DNA from: Raillietiella orientalis
Taxonomy: Eukaryota
Direction: 5' to 3'
NCBI GenBank assembly: GCA_036172245.1
Contig: JAYWIR010000007.1
Coordinates: forward strand, 1,302,001-1,366,000
Length of the DNA stretch: 64,000 nucleotides
Part shown: positions 13,901-24,703 of the stretch, piece after piece
Layout: each line of letters starts with the position of its first letter
Numbering within the stretch: position 1 is the first letter of the stretch
Translations under genes and position numbers: made by a program
The notes under the pieces: generated by a model
Databases searched by the model: none
What the model saw: the letters and a program-made list of their open reading frames with translations, nothing else
What the model was told of the DNA's origin: nothing

Positions 13901-16424
13901 GATCCCTCGAAGGCAAAGTGGGTCTTCTCATCGCCTTCCACTCGCGTGCTCGTACTCTGTCCTTTTTATGCGCGAAGGATGTTGGCCGCTGCTGATCGAT
14001 GCTGTTGAATCCAAGGCGTACGCACACACCCAAAGAAAAGGGAACGAAACTTACAAGAAAAAGAATCTGCAGAAACTCGTTTTTCTTCTTCTCCGCCTCT
14101 TCCCCCCCTTTCTCGTTCTCTCTTTCCCGCGCGCGCGTATCTATGAAGCGAGGCTCCAATTGATAAGAATCTGCTGCTGTTCTACACTTTTCGCAGAGGA
14201 TGACCCCTGCGTTCGTGCTCACTTCTCTTGCCGCCTCGCGAGAAGAACTGCATCTTCATCAGTACAGTGTTTTTTTCCCTCTTCCTCCAGGTGAGCCTCC
14301 AGTCTGCGACCAGTGTCCCGACAATGTCAGCTTGTCAACCATCATGGAAATGTACTGTGACGCAGACTTCGGTGAGTTTGGAGTCCCTTATTGCCGGATG
14401 ATTTGACGCACGAGAAGTGCGCCTTCTGGAACTGCAGAATTGTGCGTGGCCAAATCTTGCATTTCCATCTGCCATGTCGCCCTCGCGTGCTCGGAGGAGT
14501 GAGGCGTTCTCTTTCGTCTTCGAGGTCTTTGCCTTTCGTCAGATGCACGAACACACACGATTTTCCAGAATCGCAACATCCGGCAAGAATGATATCCCTC
14601 CACCGCGCGACGGAGACAACGATGACAAGGTGTTAGCAGTAACGCACTCACACACGGATCCATCACAGCATGTGCGCGTGTCTCCATAAACAGACCGCTT
14701 GGTGTAATGGAATGACGTCGCCGCTGCGAGTTGCCACCGCGAGTCTGTCATCTTCATTCATGGACAGAATCCTAAGCGTCGAGATCTCGCAAAAAAAAAA
14801 AAAAAAAAAAAATGAAGAAGAAGAAAGTATCTCGTTTCTTCTGGATACATGTTCAGTCTCTCCGTCGCTCCGCTTGCCGTCTACCCAGGGGGTATCTTAG
14901 AAGCTGCCGTGTTGCTATGTCGAGAGTGTGCAAGGACTCGCGCATGGAAACAACACGGAATCGGCATCCTACGTGTACGCCTTTCCTTGGTCTCCCCGTT
15001 GAGTGGAGGGGGGCTCACGGAGACGGCATTTCCTTTCCTTCGCTCGCGGGAGAGTTCCTCACCTCGCAAGTCGAGACAAGCCCGACGGGCCGGATCCAGA
15101 GGTGCGGACTGCCCACCCGTCGGGGAGAGTGCTTGCGTCCGCCGGCTGCGGAGTACTCCGTTCGCCCCCTCGCCGCCTCGGCCGACGTCGACAGGCCATC
15201 GGAAAGGCAACGAGAGCAGTACGCAGCGGTGACCTGCCTGCGTCTCCTACTCTCTCGCTCTTGACATGTTCCCCCCCTCCCCTCCCCGCCTTCCCTCACG
15301 CGACGATGCAGAGGGCTGTTGCCTCGCTCGCGAAACTCCCCGAGATTCCAGGTGTTACACAGGGACCCTTTCAGCGACGCGACGCTCACGCACATGCCGC
15401 CGCCACGAAGCGGACGGAGCGAGCGAGCCGCACGTACCGCTGTGAATGCATCCCCAAGTGGGAGTGGTGGTGGTGGGAGACCGAGGAAAAGAAGGGGGGT
15501 GGGATGTTCCCCGGTGTTGCCGAGAAGCGGGGGTCGAAGTGAAATCTCGAGGTCTCTCGTTCCGCCAGCATCTCTGAGATCTCACATTGCTGGAAGGACT
15601 TTAGGGTGCGCTCGTATCACCAGACGGTGCCCCTCGACGTGAACCCGAGGAGCCTGCCTTGGGCAGTCGGGAGGAAGCCGAAAATGCCTTACCGCGGGGG
15701 TGTTCTCTGCTAGTTCTGGTGTCGAGGCTGAGGAGGAGGAAGCGCACTCGGCTGTTGATGGTCAATGCGAAGGTCTACAAAGGCGAGCTGCCGGAGCCGG
15801 CGAAGGCGAAGAAGCGCCGCTTCACGCTGATCAATGAGACGTGCTGCCCGGGAATCGGGAAGGCCAGCAAGGAGAGGTACCTCGTGATGGGGTTCACCCG
15901 TGGCACCGTCTTGACCCCATCCCTAATCGTGCCCATCTCCAAGAAGTTCAAGGTACGTGCGTCACTCTTATCGCCCGGGAGGCCACCACTGGCAAACGGA
16001 CGGACGCGTGCGCCAATGTCCCCCCGAAAAGTGACCAGTGTACTCGCTGGAGCTGCTGGCTCTCGCGAGAGCGATGTGGGAGGCGTCCGTCCGTTGGGGT
16101 AGCTCACCCTCCCCGCTGAGAGAGAGGGGGTGGCGAAGCTTTCGTGTCTTCCGCCAGAAGTTGGTCAACGGAGCCATCCAGAAATTCGAGACGTTCGAAT
16201 GCCCCCCTGGCTCCAAGGCGCACCACAGCCGGCGGATGAAAAGCAGCCCCTTCCCTCCTCACCCCGGAGGAGAGGCCACCCGCGCGCGGAGCAGGCAGCC
16301 ACCCTTGCCGAGCGCCCATGAAGGCAACACTGTCTCCTCTACGTCCAGGAGAGCTGGGAGCAGCGGGACCGCCACCTACAGTCGCGACAGGAGAGCGAGC
16401 AGAATGCAGCATCCCCGAGGCTGA
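10976..16424 (+). CDS. SFRP: Secreted frizzled-related protein (SFRP1/2/5-like): signal peptide + Frizzled CRD + netrin (NTR/C345C) domain. Exons 10976-11471, 14291-14371, 15714-15952, 16158-16424; ~360 aa
   Basis: Exon 1 encodes a hydrophobic leader and a 10-Cys CRD (CVDIPRNLTLCRGIGYTKMRLPNLLDH...FLCSLFTPVCLDRPIYPCRSLCE...FGFPWPEMLRCDKFPVDNDMCI). Later exons supply six NTR cysteines (CDQC...MYCDADF|V...ETCC...YLVMG...FEC). All three introns are GT-AG and phases (1,1,0) are consistent. No transmembrane helices, so not a Frizzled receptor. Confidence 0.92.
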
Positions 16425-16682
16425 GGAAGATTCCTGGGTTCTTTGTAGCCGACCCCGCGTCGCCACTAGACGGCAGGCTTCCCACGGAACGTCACGCGAT
16501 GCCCTCACCAGCAGCTCCGCCCTCCCTTCTCGTTTTCGAAAACGAGAGGCGTGCCGCCGTCGCCCCCGGGCACCGTGACCGACACGGCCCTCTTAACTCC
16601 CCTCTAGAGCTGGCTCCCAAAAGGATGATTCGTCTCCCGCCCTCTCCTGTCTCCTGCTCTTCCCTCTGGCGCCAGCGAGGTG

Positions 16683-16688
16683 AATAAA
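16683..16688 (+). promoter_or_regulatory. Putative polyadenylation signal (AATAAA) of the SFRP gene
   Basis: First AATAAA downstream of the stop codon at 16424, about 260 nt away. Confidence 0.45.
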
Positions 16689-17819
16689 ACCTGCCCATCA
16701 GTCGCGCCGTCGTGTTGCGTCAGGGAGGAGGGGACGCGCCACGAGCCCGTCTCGCGGGAGAAGAGGCGGTCAAAGGGCGCTTCGCGTTCTTCGAAACGCT
16801 GGCTCCAGTGACCAAGAGACACACACGTTCCCGCTGTTTCCCAACACTTGCAAAAATGATGACCTAGGTCCCCGGCTCACCTGGCGCACGATCGCTAACG
16901 CGCCTTGAGAGTGCCACCTCTCTTATCAAGAGAGCAAAGATTCGCGTTCGTGCAGCGAAGGCGTCTTCTCGTCTTCGTCACTGGGGGAGGAAACATCCGC
17001 TTGGGGTGGCAGCACGCACCTCTCTTGCCTCCCAGGGGAGGCGGGCACGTCGAGAAAATCCGACGCGAACCGCCGGACTCTGAAACCTTCCCCAGGCTCT
17101 TATTGGATGGCAGAGATGGCTCCCGTCTTTCCGAAAAGAATTCCTCCAGGTGCTCATCGTTTTGGCTCACGGTCTCCCCAGTAGCAGAGGACCTGCATTT
17201 CTCAATGCTTTCAGCGTGGCTGCAAGGGAACGCTGGCCCTGCTGTGCGCCTATTGCAACAAGTTGGCCGTTTGTTGAGGATGGCGTATGGAAGTGGCTTT
17301 CTGCCGAGAACACATCCTCGCTCCCCTGGTTCAGTAGCGGGAACACGTCCTTAGGTGGGCGCACATCCGAAGGGAGATGTGGTCCCTCTTCTTCCACGTC
17401 GTCTCAGCAGCAGCGTCGTGTGATTTTCTGACTCCGCTAAGCCGAGTTTCAAAGGAACTTCTACGATGGCGAAGGCTGCACGCCCCGTCAACCCCCTTGC
17501 TCGCCTCTCCAAGAGCACGCCATCACCTTCCAGCCCACGCACTGTTCTTAAATAAGAATAGGTAAAGGTGATGCTGAAGAGTTGTCGAACTGATTGAAAG
17601 ATCAGTAAAAAGCGGAAGAGGAAACATCCAACATTCCTTTAATGTACGTAATTTGTATATTTTTTTTATAAAAGACCAGTAGTGACCTCACGGGGAAATC
17701 GTTGCTATTTGGCCTAGGATGGTGGAAAATACCTTTGGGATTCTTTTCTATTTCGTTTTTTCCTTCCAATTTTTTTCTCCTTTTTTGGTTCCCTAAGAAG
17801 AACCGTTCGCCTGAAGGCT

Positions 17820-18300
17820 CGCGGAGTTCTTGAGCACTGTCCATACCACCCAGGGAGATGCTCTTCAAGATAGGGGTATCCATCCACCCTATGAATCCAG
17901 AAAGGCTCCGGAGGAATTCTGTTGCTCTCACTCTTGGGAGGGGAGCCCCGAAGGGAACTCTTACCCCCTGCTTGTCTACGAAGGGATCCAGGGAAGGATC
18001 TGCTCCTTGTTTCCTCCTCTGAAGAGAACCCCGAAAGGACGCTTCCAAATTTTCTCTAGAGAGTCGCTCCTGAAGGGCTCAGCGCACTTCTGGACACTCT
18101 GGAGAGATGTCATTAATCCACTAGCTCCATGAAACGCTATGGAGGAGGGGACGGCTTCATTTGCATAACCGAAGGGATATCCCCAACAGGAACCGAGTCC
18201 TTTATTCGTGGAAGAACCCCGGACAGTCAGCTTCCGAATCTCGGCCACTCAACGGGGGTTCCTGGCTTTGCTCGTCTTGGAGGAGTTATGGTGCGATGCC
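17820..18300 (+). repeat. Unclassified interspersed repeat, family B (copy 2)
   Basis: Translates as ...LKRTPKGRFQ...LYSWKNPG. Shared with 2060-2620 and with the reverse complements of 23130-23480 and 29600-29800. Confidence 0.7.
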
Positions 18301-18409
18301 AATTTCTCAGCACCTCCCTCCTCCGCTTCTGATGCGTTCGTAGCAGCGCTTGAAAGAGGTTTGAAAGTTCCTGGAGCCGGCCGGACATTCAGACTGTGGT
18401 GCTGTTTCT

Positions 18410-19470
18410 TACCCGGTTGCGCCGGGACGTTTACTCACGAATGAACAAACCAACTGGGAACCATGTTCCCAGGCGAAGGAAAGAGAACTTCAAGGGGATG
18501 GCTCTTGGATACGCAGGTCGTGGGCACACTGAAAGCCCGAAACGGGAGAGTGGGGACAATAAATAAATACAAAAAGATATGGGAGAGGTTTAGGGTAAAG
18601 GAGTCTTTGGTATTGGCCATTCCTTCTCAGAACCGGCTCTGAATGCCGGAGATCTCCTTCCTGACTTCTTTGCTGATGTGAGGCCACCTTGCAGCCGTCC
18701 TCTTATTGCAGGCTGCAATCCTGGTGACCTCTTTTGGAATCGCTTGCGACTCCAACAGGTGGCGAGGATGCAACTGATCGTTGCGATGGCCGCACCTAGC
18801 GAGTGGTCTCGTCACGTGAGGAAGCAGCTCATGGCGTCCATTGCGGTGTCCCCCTGGCGCAGGAGCGCTGAAGGCAGCCTCCGCCACAGTCCTTAGAGGG
18901 CACTGCAGTCGAAGAGCAGGTGCGGGAGCGGTTCCACTGCTCCGCACCTTCCACAGTTCGGGAAGACAACTCCCCGGAAACGATATTTGCCTGCTGATTG
19001 CAATGGAAACTCCAATGCAACAAAAGCACGTCCCGCTTCCAAGGAAGGGGGAACACAGAAGTGTCCACGCACGAGGGGAGCACCACAAGTTCTTCGGGGG
19101 GCATACTCAGGAGCTCGCTCCACCGAAGGAGTTCCTTCGCACAACTACGAGGAGTGGCATCGTCTGTCAGCCCGCTCGCCTTCGGGCTGCTAAACGGTCA
19201 TGTTTTTCCAGCATGCATGAGAGAGATGTTGCATCCCGCCAGTAGGCAGCTGTCGTCGCTTGTCCTGAGGACAAACTGCTCTGCGTCAAGGGGCGTGGCG
19301 GCCAGGAGAGTCCTCATGTCCTAGTCCTGCAACACATTCTCCAACGGAAGGTAAGGATAGAGTTGCGCGCAACGAAGTTCCACAAGCGGCACTTCCTGAT
19401 GCGTTGCCCAGGATGACAACGCCTCCTGCCACCACGCGTTATAGTTCATTGGGCGGCAGGAGATCCACGA
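18410..19470 (-). mobile_element. Older, diverged family A C-terminal fragment with 3' end
   Basis: LLRWSELLSMPPEE...PLPWKRDVLLLHW and CGRCGAVEPLPHLLFDCSAL match the CCHC region of the 24.9-25.8 kb copy. Terminal AGTAAA-CCCGG-N5-CCGGG at 18435-18412. Confidence 0.75.
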
Positions 19471-19743
19471 ATGGAACTCTGGCTGCGCTTCGTCTCTCCT
19501 TTCTTCCTCTTTGCTTCCGAGAATTCCGTTGCTTTGTTGGCGGAGTTCTCTGGCAGCATCTTATTTTTTCCCTTTGCTACATCCTCTCGGTGGCGGTAGG
19601 AGATGTCAAGATCTTCCACCCGTTGCACAACTCTTGCACTGCCTTTTTGCGTGCAGGAGATGTTGCAGGAGCAACACAGCTAAGATAACGTGCACGATCT
19701 CAGCTAGTGCTCCACCAGCTGGTCACGCCGGTATTATCGTTTC

Positions 19744-20418
19744 TTAGGGCAGGCACTGAGTCGGTATCCAGGGGTCTTGCAACCTCTTCAAGGCATGGTT
19801 TGCCGTTGATAACTTTTTCGCATACCTGGGAGTGCGTCTTTCACTCCTAAGATTCTGGAAATTTCCATCCATCTTCGTTCCGGCGATCCTTTGCTTCGCG
19901 AAGAACCCATGTGGTTTCTGAATCCCATATGGACATCGGGACTGAATTTCCATAGTACTTGCCACTCATTCCATCACGCACATCGCACTAACATAAGAAT
20001 CTTCCATCATCTCCAGGTACCCACATGCATCTTCACAACCTGCATTTCACGAGTCATCAGTCAGAATATACACACTCAGCAGCTTCCTGCCCCTACCGTG
20101 ACTGTACCTAGAGAGAACGGGGCACGAGCTGATATATCCTCTGCTCCTACGTACTTTACCATCTCCCCAGTTCATTGCAATCGCATCCATGTGCAAACTG
20201 AGACTGGAAAATACAAGAATCATCGCTTGTGGTAGAAGAATGGATTTTAAAAATATTCATTTGACTCCCTTGGTGCACAGACTAACCTTGCTGATGCGGT
20301 TCTTATCCGGTGACACCGGGACGTGTATGAAAAAAACAAGCAAAACACACTACTATTCCCGGGGGGAGTTTCTTCAGCCTCTCAATACAAGAGATGCCAC
20401 AGAAATGGAAAAGTTCAT
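19744..20418 (-). CDS. Candidate small secreted cysteine-rich peptide gene with micro-exons (hypothetical). Exons 20418-20389, 20349-20287, 20203-20160, 20107-20097, 20039-19993, 19941-19826, 19783-19744
   Basis: Splicing at GT-AG sites spaced like this genome's mini-introns (39-83 nt) gives MNFSISVASL|CVLLVFFIHVPVSPDKNRISK|SQFAHGCDCNELGRW|YSHG|CEDACGYLEMMEDSY|SRCPYGIQKPHGFFAKQRIAGTKMDGNFQNLRSERRTPR|LQDPWIPTQCLP*. Only this frame stays open across exons 3-5. No family recognised. The first and last junctions are ambiguous. Confidence 0.4.
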
Positions 20419-20999
20419 CTGGGGTGATTAGATTCAGGGATTGGCATCTGGGATGATTAGTCCTTGCAGGAGGGAGGCGAGCTGCCTCAGAGGAAAGCCG
20501 AATCCTCTCTTGGTGCACTGGGAGTGCGGCAGCAACGAAAGCAGTCCTTCGTCGCCGGTGCAGTGCGGCAGCAGCAGACGCGCGGGAGCACATAGGGAGT
20601 CGTCTATAATTTGGCATTAAGTGCCAGCATGAGGAACTGCACTTGTAGCTTGATCCTGTCCAGCGTCAGGATGCCCAAACGGGCATCCCGACTCGGAGCC
20701 CCCAAGTCCTTGAGGCGTATCCTGAACCTCACAGGTCAACACAGGGCGTCTCTCAACAGGCGTTGCGCTTGGACCTTGGTCGAGTAGGGGAGCGGACAAA
20801 CAAAAAAGAGGGGACGGACGTGCTCCTGCTGGGACACTTCACGATCTTCGGCAGCGAGCAGCGGGAGCAGATGCCGAGTCGCAGGCAGTTTCATCTCTCG
20901 GTTCCCGTCTCATTAATCCTCGCCCACGTGCCAACTGTTTACTCCAGCCAGGCGCCAGAGTTGGCTAACAGCAGGCCATCTATCCCTTTTCCTTCACCA

Positions 21000-21300
21000 G
21001 AGTGACCAGACGACCGAGGAGACCGCATATTCTGATCTCCTGGCCGCGGCACAAAAGGTACAACGCGAGCCGTTCCGGAAACACGGCTGATAAGGAGGCG
21101 CGCAGGAACTCATCGGAAGGATGCTCCAGCACTTCGGTGGACTTCGGTTGCGGCGGCCATCGTTCTTTATAGCAGCTGAATTTCCATCCGCTCCAGCGTC
21201 AGGAAACTGAGGCTGCCTCCCCGATGCGGAGCGCACAAGCCCATCAGCGGTACTCGGGACCCCCTGCTGACCCACAGGGCGATTGCAGGGTGTCGTCTTC
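21000..21300 (-). mobile_element. Family A short internal fragment
   Basis: IALWVSRGSRVPLMGLCAPHRGGSLSFLTLERMEIQL aligns with IAFWGKGRPRVPLMDLCAARRDGGLGLLTLERLEIQL (28080-28200). Confidence 0.7.
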
Positions 21301-23129
21301 GGCGAGGGCGCGTGTCCCCAGGAAAAACCTCGGTGGTGTTTCGCTGAGCCACCCTGCCTTTCGGACGCTCGGCCCCGGAGCTTCTTTGCCCGCCTTCCTC
21401 TTCGAAAGACAGGGGCGCCTCCCTCATGCTCCCAGTAATGGGTGGCGTCGGCATCGCCTGAAGCCTCCCGGAGGTCTTCTGCTCACCAGGGGAGCTGGCT
21501 GCATGAGGGTAACATCCACATCACCTCCCGCGCTTCAGCTTCTCCCGGTTCCTCCTCCTCCGGACTTTGGGGCGCGCATGCCCGCCTCTTTGCCTCGCCG
21601 TTTCAACTGCGCCTGAAGTTTCCTGGCTAGAGGGCGCCTCCGCCACCGAACTGCGCCGATCCTTGAGAGGGGAACTCTCTTCCCGAATTGACGGAGGATC
21701 AGGATGACTTCCTGCCAATCCTACCGGTGAAGCAACCGGCGGACTTTCTATCCTTGGACGCCTCGAGTAGTGGAAAACAGGAAGACGCATTTCCACGTTT
21801 CCCGTTCGCGGTTCCTTCTAAAGCCCTGCCTCCCTTCCCCCTCCCTTACCCCGAGCCAAGGTCGTGTGCGACTGCGGAAGCTCCTGGAAAAGTCCATGCC
21901 GCGTTTTCATCTCACCGTTTCGTCATGACGCCGGCCGATTCTTCCTGTCTTCCCTCCCACGTGGCAGGAAGTCATCCTTCCCCTCATCGATCCTTGAAGA
22001 GCGTTCCCGTTCGGGGTCAGCGCAGGTGAGTGGCAGAGGAGCCCTCGAGCCAGCTGCTGCTGCTGCTGCCCCACAGTGAGGTCGATCTTTTTGCGGAGCG
22101 TCCCTGAGGCTCTGACTCTCTCGTTCGGCCCTCGAAAGGAGCGGCTGTAGAGATGCAGGCCAGGCATCCCGACATCCGAAGCACCCCTTTGTGCCTCTCG
22201 CTGCCCCGTAACCGCGCTGGACGCCTCGACCTCGAACGGCGCTACGTTGCTCGGGCAGCCGAGGATCCCAAAGGGTGCGCTATGAGTAGCCGAGTGGAGC
22301 GGAACGGCTCTGAGGTGTGCATCTCTCGTCGCCCAACGGCGGCACCCAAAGCCTGAGGCTGGGGAGAAAGGGTGTGGTCGGGTTTGCTGAGGAACCTCCC
22401 GCCTGGAACCACTTCTGGTGCAACCGCAGAAGCAGCCTCCCGTTCGAAGATGCTTCTGCGGTTATGAGCTGCGGATGCGGCTAAGTTGCTGCTTTCTTCT
22501 TCTGAGCTCAGCCTCCCGTTCGAAGATCGCAGCCTCCCTCAGAAGACCTCAAAGCCAACGGCAGACGGAGGAACCGAACCGCATCCGAAGACAGAATTCC
22601 AATGGACCCGTCGATGCGGTGAGAGGACACGGTAAAGGTCGAGGGAGAGAGAGGCCTCCCCAGAACTGAAGCATCCAGGAGCAGCTGTGAAGCCTCTGAG
22701 AGGATGCGATGCTCTGCGATTCCTGCATTCCCGAAGCTCCAGGGAGAGCGGAAGCTGCCAAAGGCAGACTTTCGTTTACATGACGGAATGTCGAAGTTCT
22801 GAAAGATAGGACGACCCTCCTCCATTCACTCCCTCTTGCGAGCTCCGGAGGAGTCTTCGCCCAAAGAGCTTCAACCGCCCCACGCATCCTTCGCTCACCC
22901 AAGCGGGTCGCGCCCTTCCCGCGGAGCGCACTGTTCCGCTCATCCGAGGTGACAATGATGCATCCCGGTGGCCGTTTCTCTCCTGATGCCGAAAGGGATG
23001 CAGCGCGGTCGCGCCCAACCTTTAAGGTAGCCTCCCGTCCGCTTTGGCGCCGTGCGGCCTCCACGCGTGGCACGGAGCGCTGTGATTTCGAATCCCTCCC
23101 GGGGAAGGATCGACGACCCTTCAGGAGTC

Positions 23130-23480
23130 CGACTTTTCCCGCGAGTTAATACTGGTTGGTCTATTTGGGTGGGCCACTAAGGAAAGCCGGGAACTGGATG
23201 CCCCCGTTGACTGGCTGGGATAGGAAGTGGACCCTCCAGGGTCCTTCCAGGAATCAAGGAGTCTTTCTGGGTATCCCTCTGGTTTGAGAATGGGGTCGTC
23301 CTCCATCGCGTACCACGGTACCCCCGCAGGGGGTTGCCTCTCCAGAGTGCAAGAAGCGCGCTGCTCCCTTTGAGGAGAGCCCTTCAGAGAGAAACTGGGA
23401 GGCGTCCCTTCGGCGTCCTCTTCATTTGTGGAACAGCGCGCTCCTTCCCAAGGTGCCCTTCGGATCCGTCTTCTGCTGAA
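23130..23480 (-). repeat. Unclassified interspersed repeat, family B (copy 3)
   Basis: MKRTPKGRLP and KPEGYPERLLDSWKDPG match copy 2 (LKRTPKGRFQ; PKGYPQ; LYSWKNPG). Confidence 0.65.
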
Positions 23481-23599
23481 CCGATAAGAAAACGAAGACG
23501 GAAGTGGAGAAACTGCAAAGGAACATCATCTGGAGTGAGTCCAAGCCCCGGGTCAGGCTCAAGTTGCTGTAGAGGAAGGTAGAACCGGGATGAAGTCGC

Positions 23600-24525
23600 T
23601 GCCACAGGCCGTCGACCACGTGGATGAGCGAAAACTCCTGGCTTTCGCTGCCGATTAGGAACGGTGGTCTTATGCAGCCCACAGGGCTTACTCGAGGCTG
23701 GTCAACCACTCTAGTGGCCTGATGTCGGCGCTCATAGACAAACACGGAGAATGGGGCAACATCGACCCCACGTGGAAAATGAAGCAGGCACTGGTGGCCA
23801 GACACTGCTTCAAGATCGTGCCGCCTTGAAGTGAAGAGCTGTGGAAGGAAGAACTGGCCATGGTGATCCCGTACTTTACACCTGGGAGACTTGGAAGTGG
23901 ATGTTCCAGAGTCCAGCAAGGACCATCCGCAACTGCCAACAGCTTGGAACCAGTGGCAACGTCCACGAGATGCAACTGTTTCACTACACACAAACCATGG
24001 GTGGAAGGTCCACCAGCAAGACGCGAGCTTTGTAAGCAGCAGCCATCCAACGCCTGGAATCTGGAGACCAAAGCCAACATCCGCGACGTAATGAAGGACA
24101 ACAACTCAGAAGAAAAAGACGTCCTCACCAGGGCTGCCAACCGCTACGGGACCCGGATAATGAACCTGCAGGCGGTTGGACCTACAGTCTACAGTCTCCA
24201 CCTAACACTAGGCAATCTGGACGTCCTTTTCCTGTTTTACCATGGAGGCATCCTTAGTGGGAGCAGGACAGCACACTGGACCAGCAATATCGGAGACGAA
24301 CTCTGCAAGGTGTGTAGAAGCAGGGAAAACCAGCTCCACCTATCTTCACCTGCCCGATGCTGCACCAGGGCTGGAGCAAGCTAAAGGTGGTGATCGGCCT
24401 GAAGAGGACGACGAGAGTGCAAATTTTAGAGGGAATATTCGATGGGAATGCAAATGTTCCGCGGTACAAAACCATGGTTCGGACCACCATCGTCCACTTC
24501 ATCACCAGCGTCGTGATCAGCTAAC
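23600..24525 (+). mobile_element. C-terminal fragment of a second, distinct L1-clade non-LTR family
   Basis: LIDKHGEWGNIDPTWKMKQAL resembles the post-RT GGLG region. FLFYHGGILSG...LCKVCRSRENQLHL-(frameshift)-FTCPMLHQGWSKL gives a CX2C...H...C finger. Little nucleotide similarity to family A by eye. Confidence 0.6.
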
Positions 24526-24703
24526 CACACGGCCCAGGTCGGAGGCCATGTGGTTGCGGTCTCCACGCGTGACACCACCAAGAGTCGCGGGTTCGAATAG
24601 TCGGAAAGAATCGACTACGAGGCATGGAGAGGGGGGTGCGCCGTGGATTCGAGTTCCTCCCGCTAGATGCCAGGCTGGTTGGCCTCTATCCATTCGGGTT
24701 TTT

